A stretch of 64,000 nucleotides of DNA, taken from assembly GCA_040876835.1 (NCBI GenBank), contig JBBDOX010000016.1, forward strand, positions 98,875 through 162,874. The letters are read 5' to 3'. The notes under the pieces were generated by a model. That model was given only the letters and a program-made list of their open reading frames with translations, had not been told where the DNA came from and searched no databases. The stretch's first letter is position 1. Every line of letters begins with the position of its first letter. This document shows positions 9,815 through 19,109 of this stretch, piece after piece. The stretch comes from Candidatus Anderseniibacteriota bacterium. Its GTDB lineage: Bacteria; Patescibacteriota; Andersenbacteria; UBA10190. The position numbers were made by a program, and so were the translations under genes.

Positions 9815-9843
9815 TATTTAGCATATGCATTAAAAAATTGCAA
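9815..9843 (-). promoter_or_regulatory. Candidate sigma70-type promoter for the orphan gene
   Basis: TTGCAA-17 nt-TAAATA on the minus strand. Confidence 0.4.
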
Positions 9844-9846
9844 CGG

Positions 9847-10941
9847 TTATCTTTGTAGCAGCAAGTCTAACTTCTTCGCTTGGACTTTCCAGATAAACCT
9901 CTGTCTAGCCCGCTTCTGTCCCTCGTCCCCTAAACGAATCGCAAGTGTTGTATCTAGCAATAATTTTTCCAGTGCTCCCTTTATGCCATCAGCATCCCCC
10001 TCTTCTACTAACAGCCCCGTCTCGTTATCAACAACGGCTCCCGGCACTCCCCCATGTTTCGTTCCAATAACAGGAGTTCCCGCTGCATTCGCTTCTAAAT
10101 ACACAATTCCAAATCCCTCTATATCCCCATCAACATTCTTTGGCGTTAAAGCGAATACGGAAGCTCCAGCTAAAAGTGCTGGCAGGTCAGCTTCATCAAC
10201 GTGGCCTAAGAATTTTGGTTGAACAAATAACTGTCGTGAAAGCTGTTGCAGCCGCTCTTTCTCCGGCCCCTCACCAACAATCACCAGCTGAACATCGCCA
10301 AGGGTTGTTTGTTCTAGCTTTGAATATGCTGTGATTAAATCATCAACGCCTTTGCGAGGTATAAGCCGGGCGACGATAATGATGTATGGCTTCTCGATGT
10401 CGTATTTTTCTAATACGTCTCCATTCTCTGACGCATTAAGATACGTTTCCTCAACTCCAGGTTGTACCTCCACAAGCTTATCAGACGTAACACCAAGTGC
10501 TTCTAACTTTGATTTCGTATGATCATTTATATACACAACCGATTGTGCGTGAGTCAGCGCTTGGATTAGCTTCTTCTTCTTGGTCTTCTCCCACTCTTCA
10601 ATTTCCATCGCATATGTGAAGACGATATACGGAACTCCATATTTCTTGTTTAGTATATATCCAAGTAACCCTTCGAATAATCCTTTGCCGCAAAGTAACA
10701 TATCAATTTCTTTCCGCTTAGCTTTTCTGGCGATATGCCAGTACAGCGGCAACCACGCCGGTTTTATAATCGGCCAAAAGAAACGCCTAGCGGTAATACC
10801 CTCACCGCCCGTACTGCCTTGGGGCGCTATAACTTCAACCTCGTGGTTCAGTAGTCGCAGCTCTTTCACAAGGTTGGTAAGATATCGCTCGATACCTCCA
10901 ACCCGAGGTGGCCAGTTTTCTGTCAGCAGTAATATCTTCAT
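9847..10941 (-). CDS. GT4 glycosyltransferase (PimB-like)
   Basis: ENWPPRVGGIERY, ARLIPRKG, EGFGIVYLEANAAG. Confidence 0.92.
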   Translation of the reverse strand: MKILLLTENWPPRVGGIERYLTNLVKELRLLNHEVEVIAPQGSTGGEGITARRFFWPIIKPAWLPLYWHIARKAKRKEIDMLLCGKGLFEGLLGYILNKKYGVPYIVFTYAMEIEEWEKTKKKKLIQALTHAQSVVYINDHTKSKLEALGVTSDKLVEVQPGVEETYLNASENGDVLEKYDIEKPYIIIVARLIPRKGVDDLITAYSKLEQTTLGDVQLVIVGEGPEKERLQQLSRQLFVQPKFLGHVDEADLPALLAGASVFALTPKNVDGDIEGFGIVYLEANAAGTPVIGTKHGGVPGAVVDNETGLLVEEGDADGIKGALEKLLLDTTLAIRLGDEGQKRARQRFIWKVQAKKLDLLLQR

Positions 10942-10960
10942 AGCCTCATGCTAGCTGGAA

Positions 10961-10989
10961 TTGACAGAGTATTCCATGCCGCATACCGT
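10961..10989 (+). promoter_or_regulatory. Sigma70-type promoter
   Basis: TTGACA-17 nt-TACCGT upstream of 11034. Confidence 0.6.
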
Positions 10990-11033
10990 CGTACCAGGAG
11001 GTGTTCTGAAAGCACATTTCAAGGGGAGGCATC

Positions 11034-11501
11034 ATGTTGGACTACGGCCGTCCTTTTGTTTGGCGCCAGGTCACGTACATCCGGTTCGAAGATCTCAGCG
11101 GTCATGTGCTGGATGAGAATGAGCCGGAGGAGAAGATAGTCTGGCACCCAGAAGCTTTGCCGTTTCGCGCTCAAGTGCAGGAGATGGCAAGAAGGCCAGC
11201 CGAGACATTTCGAGGATTTTGTTTCCTCTCGGCCCTTGCAACTGTGCTAGTACTGGCAGCTCTGACAGAGCTCCCAGTGTACGTTCCCGTTCCGTGGCGT
11301 TCGAACTGGAACGTGGCAGTTGGGCTCCTGGTACTGGCGGCAGGACTCGGCACAGGCTCTATCGTCTACTTGTGGGAACGCCTCAAGGCACGCGCGTTGC
11401 TCACGGAGGTAATCAAGAGGCACCCTGCCTTTTTGAAGGCCCTGCAGGAGACTGAGGATTACCGGCTCCTTGATGAGATCAAGAAGATGACAGGGAGATG
11501 A
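11034..11501 (+). CDS. Orphan two-TM membrane protein (155 aa)
   Basis: SD AAGGGGAGG, two hydrophobic helices, own promoter and terminator. Confidence 0.8.
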   Translation: MLDYGRPFVWRQVTYIRFEDLSGHVLDENEPEEKIVWHPEALPFRAQVQEMARRPAETFRGFCFLSALATVLVLAALTELPVYVPVPWRSNWNVAVGLLVLAAGLGTGSIVYLWERLKARALLTEVIKRHPAFLKALQETEDYRLLDEIKKMTGR

Positions 11502-11506
11502 CGCAA

Positions 11507-11534
11507 CCGCGACACGGATCGCGGCTCTTTTTTT
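11507..11534 (+). terminator. Intrinsic terminator
   Basis: CCGCGA-cacgga-TCGCGG followed by ctc and a T7 tract. Confidence 0.75.
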
Positions 11535-11560
11535 GACACTCGCTCTTATTCCGATATTAT
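11533..11560 (+). promoter_or_regulatory. Sigma70-type promoter overlapping the preceding terminator T-tract
   Basis: TTGACA-16 nt-TATTAT. Confidence 0.55.
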
Positions 11561-11632
11561 ACGTTGGTCAGCAGAAGAGGTTGGCAAATACAAACTCATC
11601 ACCACCAAGTCGTTATCTAAGGAGGGTTAAGC

Positions 11633-11911
11633 TTGGAAGAGGAAATGTTCTTTGTTGAGCGTGGCGGGACAGTAATCTGTGTGGCCCTGGGCAGCACAAA
11701 GGAAGGAACGTATGTGTACAGCCGAGGAGCTACTGAGATGTTTCCCACTGCTCCGGTGTGGTTTGACCGAAGCCAACTTCGGCACTCCCACTCCTACCGA
11801 GGACGGATCTTCGGACACCTTCTGAGGCGGTGTCGCGCAGACCATGACAAGGCATGTGACTTTTGGAGTCGCTTTACGGCAATACTCCGATGCCTCAGTG
11901 TCCCCACCTAA
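11633..11911 (+). CDS. Orphan small protein (92 aa)
   Basis: TTG start after SD TAAGGAGG; terminator hairpin spans the stop codon. Confidence 0.65.
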   Translation: MEEEMFFVERGGTVICVALGSTKEGTYVYSRGATEMFPTAPVWFDRSQLRHSHSYRGRIFGHLLRRCRADHDKACDFWSRFTAILRCLSVPT

Positions 11912-11927
11912 CCCGCGGTGGGTTTTT
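11903..11927 (+). terminator. Intrinsic terminator between convergent genes
   Basis: CCCACC-taacccgc-GGTGGG-TTTTT. Confidence 0.6.
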
Positions 11928-13356
11928 AATATGCTTTAACCAGCTTTACCCCCTTGAAGTAATAGCTCAGAATTTTTTGAAAGCTCCAACCATCAGCCTT
12001 GGCAAACCCAAAGGCTCCTTGAGCACTCATACCAACACAGTGTCCCCTACAACTACTCGAAGCGTGATGCGGATCTTTTACCGAGTGCTGGAGATGAGGG
12101 AAACGGCTTGTGTTCCAGACTTCCTTGGCACTGCGAGTGCGCCCATCAGAATCCGAGAAGTATACTGTGGTCACCAAGTTATCTGCCTGACTATCAGTCA
12201 CTACAACTCCCTTTGTCTTATCAAAGATACTCGACATGCGAGAAGTTATAAGTTCATATTCATATCCACGGTAAAGCTGGTCATCGGCAGTATTAGTAAT
12301 GTCATATCCTTTAGCGGGATTTCGTCCGCCAGTAACTACCTTGTGGTAAAGAGCATATGTTCGAGCCGCTGCTCCCAGGGCTTTAATATATTCCTCTGGC
12401 CCCTCTCCTGAAGTTTCGGCTAATCCACGCAGATAATACTCCAAACGAAGCTCATTAATCGCCCACAACTCATTACACCCATTGCACTTTCGGATTTCAA
12501 TAATCCCCCGAAAACGATTGTAGTTCTTACCGGCATATGTAACGGAGGGATCGCTGTAGCTGGTTATTTGCATGATCGCCTGATTAAGAGGCACCAGACG
12601 AATTTCTCCAACTGTATCAAAACTAACTCCCGAGCCGCGCACGTGGTACTTACCATCAGACCAGGAGACCTGTACGTCATCGTCCTTACCGAGAGTTCCC
12701 AAAACCTTAAAGCCACCCTCCCGAATCTGGTAGGAACCATTGGCGGTAACATGAATTGCTCTACCATCGGTTTTGAAAATCCCGATCCGGATTTGATCAC
12801 CAGCTGGATGAGTGCTCACCCCAGCAATACTTCTACGAATAATGCCGCCTCCAGCAGACGCCACAGCTGCAGCCGGCTTCTGTCCACAAATAGTGTCCGA
12901 TCCCTTTCGAGACTTTTTCGCATGGTGATATTTCATCGAACCAATCAAAGCGGTCCGAGACTTAATCTCCCCACACGAAATGCGCTTTCTCCACCAGGCT
13001 TTTTCGGTGTTGGAAGGATCTGAGCTATAAATTTGTACAAAGAGAGGCAAGACATCTTTTATCATGGTCTGCTTATCATTAGAGCCTATGATCGTAGTAG
13101 CTGCGGCGGCTGGGGCAGTGCTGCCGCCCCCCGCTTTCTGGTAATACATGGCTCCAAGCAAAGCTTCATAGGTTTTCTTTTCACCCCTAACGACACGTCC
13201 CGCCCAATAGAGGTTTTCTGTAGGAGTGGGGTTTTTCCCATAAGCGGTGCGGAAAGCCTCATTGACACGACTTACCAATGGTGGGGTTTGAGCATGGGCG
13301 TTTCCAGCAAATAAAAGAATAACCAGACAGCCCAATGCGAAGGAAAGTTTCTTCAT
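11926..13356 (-). CDS. Secreted SpoIID/LytB-domain lytic transglycosylase with N-terminal repeats
   Basis: Signal peptide ending AHA; INELRLEYYLRG, KALGAAARTYA, DQLYRG, GHCVGMS, ILSYYFKG. Confidence 0.85.
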   Translation of the reverse strand: MKKLSFALGCLVILLFAGNAHAQTPPLVSRVNEAFRTAYGKNPTPTENLYWAGRVVRGEKKTYEALLGAMYYQKAGGGSTAPAAAATTIIGSNDKQTMIKDVLPLFVQIYSSDPSNTEKAWWRKRISCGEIKSRTALIGSMKYHHAKKSRKGSDTICGQKPAAAVASAGGGIIRRSIAGVSTHPAGDQIRIGIFKTDGRAIHVTANGSYQIREGGFKVLGTLGKDDDVQVSWSDGKYHVRGSGVSFDTVGEIRLVPLNQAIMQITSYSDPSVTYAGKNYNRFRGIIEIRKCNGCNELWAINELRLEYYLRGLAETSGEGPEEYIKALGAAARTYALYHKVVTGGRNPAKGYDITNTADDQLYRGYEYELITSRMSSIFDKTKGVVVTDSQADNLVTTVYFSDSDGRTRSAKEVWNTSRFPHLQHSVKDPHHASSSCRGHCVGMSAQGAFGFAKADGWSFQKILSYYFKGVKLVKAY

Positions 13357-13454
13357 AGCCTGTGCATAATACCAAATTAGGCGGGATGCCAAAATGTTGA
13401 CATATTATTCTTATTATAGTATTGTAATATCCAATTTATACTACAATAGATACT

Positions 13455-14447
13455 ATGGAGTCTTCCAAAAAACTCGTTGTTATCATTCCTGCCCTTAACG
13501 AGGAAAAAACCATCGCGGAAGTAATTTCCGCAATTCCCAATCACTTGGAAGCGATTACCCTTACCCAAGTTATTGTTGTGAATGATGGTTCAACGGATAC
13601 TACTGCTGCAGTCGCCGGTGAGGCCGGCGCAACTGTCGTTTCTCACCACAAGCCGATGGGTGTGGGTGCTGCTTTCCATACTGGTATTAAGGAGGCTTTA
13701 ATGGCAGGGGCAGATGTTATTATAAACATCGACGCTGACGGTCAATTTGACCCGAGCGATATTCCTCGCCTCCTCAAGCCTATCCTCGACAATGATGCTG
13801 ATTTTGTGACGGCCAGTCGTTTTGCCGACCCCGCGCTAGCTCCTCACATGCCGGATGTAAAACGATGGGGCAATGGATGGGTTACCACGATTGTAAATAT
13901 CTTAACCGGGAAAAAGTTCACCGATGTGTCCTGTGGCTTTCGTGCATATTCACGGGAAGCGGCACTGCGCCTAACTCTCTTCGGACACTTCACCTATACT
14001 CAGGAAACTTTCATTGATCTGGCTTTTAAGAATATGCGTATCTTGGAAGTTCCTCTGAAAGTGCGCGGTGAACGGGAGCACGGCACCTCACGCGTGGCGT
14101 CTAATCTTTGGCGCTACGGAACGAAATCAGCAACGATTATGTTTCGAGCTGCTCGAGATTACAAGCCATTTTACTTTATTGGTGTTCCAGGAATTATCAT
14201 TTTCATGATTGGTGTAGCAGGTGGACTCTTTGTCCTCAACCATTATCTACAAACGGGACAAACCTCTCCCTTTCGCTCCCTCGTTACTGTTTCGGGAATT
14301 TTATTAATTATCGGATTTCTGGTGTTCTTTATTTCGCTCTTAGCCGACATGTTGCACCGCAACCGCGTCCTGATTGAAGAAATGCTCTACCTGGCTCGTA
14401 AGGAAGCGTATGGACGGGAAGCCCACCGAAATGACAAAACTGCTTAA
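13455..14447 (+). CDS. GT2 polyprenyl-phosphate sugar synthase-like (DPM1-like) with two C-terminal TM helices
   Basis: IIPALNEE, VNDGSTD, IDADGQF, TDVSCGFRAY. Confidence 0.88.
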   Translation: MESSKKLVVIIPALNEEKTIAEVISAIPNHLEAITLTQVIVVNDGSTDTTAAVAGEAGATVVSHHKPMGVGAAFHTGIKEALMAGADVIINIDADGQFDPSDIPRLLKPILDNDADFVTASRFADPALAPHMPDVKRWGNGWVTTIVNILTGKKFTDVSCGFRAYSREAALRLTLFGHFTYTQETFIDLAFKNMRILEVPLKVRGEREHGTSRVASNLWRYGTKSATIMFRAARDYKPFYFIGVPGIIIFMIGVAGGLFVLNHYLQTGQTSPFRSLVTVSGILLIIGFLVFFISLLADMLHRNRVLIEEMLYLARKEAYGREAHRNDKTA

Positions 14448-15525
14448 GGTTCTGTTAATCAGCCGCTCATACGGTCAGCATGCCGGTGGGATGGAGCGGC
14501 TCAGTTATGAGCTCATTGATTCTGTTTCTCAACTGCCGGAGATAGAAGCCACGGCTATTGTGAACAATACTCCCGCAGGAGCTTCGCTGATGCGAGTGCG
14601 GCTGCAATCTCTTTTGTTTATTACTTTAATTGCGCCCCGAGCAATCTGGGCTGCACGCACGGCTGACGTCGTTCACTTAGGTGATCCTCTTTTGAGCAAA
14701 ATTGGTTGGTTTATACAAAAACTTTGGCATAAGCCGGTCACTGTAACCGTCCACGGATTGGACGTGCAGTACAGTAATCCTCTATACCGTTTATACTTAC
14801 GATTCTTTTTCCGAAATTTTGATGCCTATATCGCGATTAGCGAGCATGCCAAGGAGGCTTTACTTCGCTGGCGCGTCGCTGGAACTATCCATGTTATCCC
14901 TCCTGGCATCCACGACCGCTTGCATGACCCTACTATTACTAGGGAGCAGCTAACTGATCTCTTAAAAACAGATATATCTCATAAAGTTGTGCTATTAACT
15001 GCTGGGCGCCTCGTGGCCCGCAAAGGACACGCCTGGTTTATCACCAATGTTCTCCCCCTACTACCTGAGCATTTCATATACGTCATAGCAGGCGATGGGC
15101 AGGAGCGATCTTCCATTGAGCAAGCCGTGAAGCAGGATCAGCTGCAAAATCGTGTCATCATGCTAGGGCGCGTGTCGAACGATACACTCCGCACCCTCTA
15201 CAACACAGTTGATATATTTATCCAGCCAAATATTCCCATGTCGACTGATGCTGAAGGGTTTGGGATCGTATTAACTGAAGCTGCGCTATGTGATCGTATA
15301 GTTATCGCAGCAAATATTGATGGTATTCCGGCAGCTATTCATGACAAAAAGAATGGGTATCTAGTGGAGGCTCAACAAGCCTCGAGATGGCGCGATGTGG
15401 TTCTAGCGGCGCAAAAGCTGCCGAATGCTCGTGAATATACCCTGACTCAATTTTCCTGGGACAAAATCAGTCAGCAGTATCGGTCAGTTTTTCAACAACT
15501 GTCACAAACTGAGGAAACGGTTTAA
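14431..15525 (+). CDS. GT4 glycosyltransferase
   Basis: GGMERLS, VHGLD, GRLVARKG, EGFGIVLTEAA; start moved to ATG 14431. Confidence 0.9.
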   Translation: MTKLLKVLLISRSYGQHAGGMERLSYELIDSVSQLPEIEATAIVNNTPAGASLMRVRLQSLLFITLIAPRAIWAARTADVVHLGDPLLSKIGWFIQKLWHKPVTVTVHGLDVQYSNPLYRLYLRFFFRNFDAYIAISEHAKEALLRWRVAGTIHVIPPGIHDRLHDPTITREQLTDLLKTDISHKVVLLTAGRLVARKGHAWFITNVLPLLPEHFIYVIAGDGQERSSIEQAVKQDQLQNRVIMLGRVSNDTLRTLYNTVDIFIQPNIPMSTDAEGFGIVLTEAALCDRIVIAANIDGIPAAIHDKKNGYLVEAQQASRWRDVVLAAQKLPNAREYTLTQFSWDKISQQYRSVFQQLSQTEETV

Positions 15526-16099
15526 CGTCACCGTTTTCTTCCCGCCACCTTCGCCACGAGGGTAACGTACCTTCATAAGTACAGGTATTAGTATCAACAA
15601 TCATCTCCGGTAGAATCTCCCATTTCTCAAGATAGTGGCCAACGGCTTGGCGTAAGGATAGGTACGTTTTCTCTTTCCGACGCTCGACAGCAGTGGGAAA
15701 TAGCTTGGTAAATTGTTGTATTTCTTCCCCTTCATATTCAAAACCAAAATGTTTTTCACAGATATGCGGGCCGATCCAGACATACTCGATATCTGGCAGG
15801 GATATGCTTAGTGCTACTTGATCGAGAATAGAGCGAAGTAGTGATTTACGACTGATGTGTAAGACAAGCGCCTGCTGTACCGTCGTAATCACTAATGGCA
15901 TACAATCAGCCGTCCGCACCCCTGCTCGCTCCCCTGAGGCAATAAGAAACCCGCCCGCGTCAGAGCCTACTTCCGGCGAGACACTTGCTGGTTGAATCGT
16001 TCCGGTGTGTGTGCCCGTGACTGGCAGTAAAATAGTTGATGCCTCCTCTTGAGGAATGATTCGAACCCGCCAGGTGTCCAATATCCACTCTCGTGTCAT
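15467..16099 (-). CDS. YfiH/PgeF (polyphenol oxidase/laccase-like domain) family protein, divergent
   Basis: VRTADCMPL, WIGPHIC, NTCTY..SWRR. Confidence 0.75.
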   Translation of the reverse strand: MTREWILDTWRVRIIPQEEASTILLPVTGTHTGTIQPASVSPEVGSDAGGFLIASGERAGVRTADCMPLVITTVQQALVLHISRKSLLRSILDQVALSISLPDIEYVWIGPHICEKHFGFEYEGEEIQQFTKLFPTAVERRKEKTYLSLRQAVGHYLEKWEILPEMIVDTNTCTYEGTLPSWRRWREENGDVKPFPQFVTVVEKLTDTAD

Positions 16100-17892
16100 C
16101 GAAGGGCGTAAATTGCTACCGGACCATTCGTAAAGACTGGTTCGCTATTTAGAGTATCAACTGTTTCCTGCCAGACGGCTGAAGTTTCTTGAGTAATTAG
16201 TAAATAATCCGCTTCAGATAGCAATGCAGCCTGGGTCTCTTTGTCTCCTTCTCTCGCCATCAGGAGCATGCTGTAAATTTCGTCATTGGGAGATAGCCAG
16301 AAATCAGCGCGCAGCATTGCCCGTCCTGTAAACGCCGGGACTGCAAATGGTGGCTGCTCGGAAGTAATAAATACTGCGTCACGGACAGTATTATCTTCAA
16401 TCCACCACAAGGCTTCACGCATGGAAGTTGCGATAACCTGCTCGTCTTTGAATATAAGATTATCGTAGGTACTCGCCACACTGCCTCCTGCTGGCAGGGC
16501 AACCAGCAGGAGTACCGCCGCTACCGCAGCAAAGCCGGCAGCCTTCTCCCCAATATTTTTTGTGCTATACATCAACTCCCGCTTAACGTAAAAAAAGAGT
16601 TGAATGATGAGCCCTAGCACTAATGGAAAGCCAATAAGGAGGCCGTGATAGAAAAAGCGAGAAGCATTTCCCACTACAATTTCCCGGCCGGAGAAAAAGA
16701 ATGTAATGAATGACAGGAGGATAAGGAAAGAGGCAGAGGCACCAAGGAAAGGTTCGCGCGATAATTGCTGGAAGACAGCAACAATAAGAGGAACAACGAC
16801 AATTGAAAGGCGCAGCATGTCGAAAGCCCCGATATATGAAATACCAGGTAGGGAAAACTGTGCATCACCCGGGGTAGCCACAAGGTACAATCCGGCAAGA
16901 ATGATTCCCCCCACCAGAAAGACTTGCCGTTCCGCTAACAATCTTCCCTTGTCAGTCACCCGCAAACCTGCAAACACCAAAAGAAGTGTTATGGCTGCAG
17001 TGCCTGTGACAGCATTGGAAAAAAGGAGAGCCACACCAGCTGCCAGTGCCGTCAGAACATATATAGTCTGCGCTTTCTTTTTCAAACCATAGCCAACCCG
17101 AAGAAGAGCAGTCTGTAATATAAAAATAGAGGTTATAAAAAAGTGGCTCTGAGGGTATACGTATCCGTCCCAGCTAACAGCCAAAACATAGATAACAATT
17201 AGACTCTGAAGGGCATAAATCATCCAGGCAGAAGGCACTCCTACCCAGCGCTCACGGTTGGGCTCGATCATAACTATGTCCCACAGAAGAAAAAAGAGCG
17301 GTATAAGAACCACCAGCTGTATGTATGTCATAAACGGCATGAAATGAAACCAGTTGGCTCCAACATGAACGGCATCAAGAAAAGTAGCCAGCCCAGCATG
17401 CAGCAGTGTCGGATACTCTAGGTAACCGTTAGCGGCAAAGGGATTCTCATTTACCAGGCCTGCAGTTGAGAATGAACGCTGTGTTAGCGCCATTAGAGTG
17501 GCCGTGTCCCCGTTATAAAATCCGTGCGTAATCCACTTATTGTCTTTAAACCCGTTGTGCTGGGCAATTAAGACAGCCCCCGCAATAACCAATCCGAGGG
17601 GTAGCAACACCCATGCGTCTCTCTTGCCACTCCCCACTCCATTTCCATATGGCAGATGCCATCGTTTGTAGAAAGATCCAAACGCGACCAGAAGGACAGC
17701 TGATCCAGCAACGAAAACGGTTGGTGTCGAAATCGATTGCAGTATTGTGCGGTCTAGCAATGTTAGTGTCAGCCATCCTGTTTGCCAGAGAGCACCAGCT
17801 ACTCCAAGATACGTTAACGCGCGTCGATGAGTGAACAGAACCCCGCTAGCAAGTAGCGAAGCAACTCCTAGCAACACAATGGCAATTAGCAT
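16096..17892 (-). CDS. Multi-pass membrane protein, probable GT-C fold glycosyltransferase
   Basis: About 13 TM segments; first loop GFYNGD..NPFAANGYLEYP; C-terminal EALWWIEDNT..DAVF...GR soluble domain. Confidence 0.6.
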   Translation of the reverse strand: MLIAIVLLGVASLLASGVLFTHRRALTYLGVAGALWQTGWLTLTLLDRTILQSISTPTVFVAGSAVLLVAFGSFYKRWHLPYGNGVGSGKRDAWVLLPLGLVIAGAVLIAQHNGFKDNKWITHGFYNGDTATLMALTQRSFSTAGLVNENPFAANGYLEYPTLLHAGLATFLDAVHVGANWFHFMPFMTYIQLVVLIPLFFLLWDIVMIEPNRERWVGVPSAWMIYALQSLIVIYVLAVSWDGYVYPQSHFFITSIFILQTALLRVGYGLKKKAQTIYVLTALAAGVALLFSNAVTGTAAITLLLVFAGLRVTDKGRLLAERQVFLVGGIILAGLYLVATPGDAQFSLPGISYIGAFDMLRLSIVVVPLIVAVFQQLSREPFLGASASFLILLSFITFFFSGREIVVGNASRFFYHGLLIGFPLVLGLIIQLFFYVKRELMYSTKNIGEKAAGFAAVAAVLLLVALPAGGSVASTYDNLIFKDEQVIATSMREALWWIEDNTVRDAVFITSEQPPFAVPAFTGRAMLRADFWLSPNDEIYSMLLMAREGDKETQAALLSEADYLLITQETSAVWQETVDTLNSEPVFTNGPVAIYALR

Positions 17893-17958
17893 GGGCTAAG
17901 CATGACAAAATAAACGAGTCATGGCAATATAGCGGCTTCATCTGCTAGGGTATAGGTA

Positions 17959-18669
17959 ATGAAATCTCTCTCCCTTATCATTCCGGCATATAATGAAGAA
18001 AAGCGTCTGCCGCCGTTTCTGAAGTCTATCGCAGACTATGTTCAACAGCATCCTGACTACATTCAGGAACTTCTTGTTATCGACGACGGTAGCAATGACA
18101 ACACGGCAGCTGTTACCGAAAAACTGGCCCGGGAACTTCCCGGATTTAAACTGATTAAGCAGCCAAGTAATCAGGGAAAAGGAGCAGCTATAAAAACCGG
18201 TGTCCAGGCAGCGACTACTGAGCTAGTTGTTTTCATAGATGCAGACGGAGCTACTCCCGTTACAGAGTTACCAGCCATGCGGGAAGCTCTAACTTCGGCC
18301 CAAATTGCTGTTGGTAACCGCTGGATGCCTGGAGCTAAGGTTCACCGCAGCTCTCCTCTTAGGCACATTTCCGGCTGGGTGTATAAGACATACATGAGCA
18401 TGTTCGGCCTAAGTGGTATCGACACTATGTGTGGCTTTAAAGGGTATGAAGTCTCTGTTGCCCGGGATTTATTTCACGACCTAATAGAGCCGCGCTGGCT
18501 CTTTGATACCGAAATCGCCTATAAGGCGGTACAGCGCGGATATCGAATCAAAAACTTTCCAATTGAATGGAAGTCAGTTGACGGCAGTAAGCTAAGCTCG
18601 TTTGATTTACTCAAGTCAGCAATGTCTATCTGGCCGCTTATCCAGAGAATAAAGAAACAGAAAATATGA
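17959..18669 (+). CDS. Dolichyl/polyprenyl-phosphate beta-glucosyltransferase-like GT2 (ALG5-like)
   Basis: IIPAYNEEKRL, NQGKGAA, DADGATP, DTMCGFK, WLFDTEI. Confidence 0.88.
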   Translation: MKSLSLIIPAYNEEKRLPPFLKSIADYVQQHPDYIQELLVIDDGSNDNTAAVTEKLARELPGFKLIKQPSNQGKGAAIKTGVQAATTELVVFIDADGATPVTELPAMREALTSAQIAVGNRWMPGAKVHRSSPLRHISGWVYKTYMSMFGLSGIDTMCGFKGYEVSVARDLFHDLIEPRWLFDTEIAYKAVQRGYRIKNFPIEWKSVDGSKLSSFDLLKSAMSIWPLIQRIKKQKI

Positions 18670-19109
18670 ATCAAAAGTATGAGCAATTTCATGTTGGGGT
18701 AAAAGGGTGCATTACCCGGAGCGACGAAGTTCTGTTGCTGGAGGCAGTTGATTATAAAGGGAATGCGCACTGGGATTTTCCTGGCGGAAGAGTACGAGAT
18801 AATGAGACGATAGAACAGACCCTTATACGGGAGTTGAAGGAAGAAATTCCTTCGATTATTAGTTCTGATATTCAAATCGGCCGGGTCATTCATGTGGGTC
18901 GTCTTCTTCAGAACACCGGAGATGGGCTACCACTAATCTTAATCTTTTTCCGTATCAAGACCGAGCTACCTGTTGTGAGACTCAGTCGTGAGCATACCGG
19001 TCACCGCTGGGTTACGGCAGATGATGTTGAAACTCTCCAGAAGGCCAGTGGTATTCGTCTGGATGAAGAAGCTGAGGGAAAAGCATTACGTAAACTGTTC
19101 AACCTATGA
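18666..19109 (+). CDS. NUDIX hydrolase
   Basis: Nudix box WDFPGGRVRDNETIEQTLIRELKEE; LSREH..HRWV. Confidence 0.9.
   Translation: MNQKYEQFHVGVKGCITRSDEVLLLEAVDYKGNAHWDFPGGRVRDNETIEQTLIRELKEEIPSIISSDIQIGRVIHVGRLLQNTGDGLPLILIFFRIKTELPVVRLSREHTGHRWVTADDVETLQKASGIRLDEEAEGKALRKLFNL

Noticed and set aside
9220-11927. Integron cassette array or prophage remnant
   Set aside because: No integrase, no shared attC-like repeats and no phage hallmark genes were seen
18666-19109. NUDIX gene as an anomalous insertion
   Set aside because: It is translationally coupled on both sides, and Nudix enzymes are ordinary members of nucleotide-sugar loci
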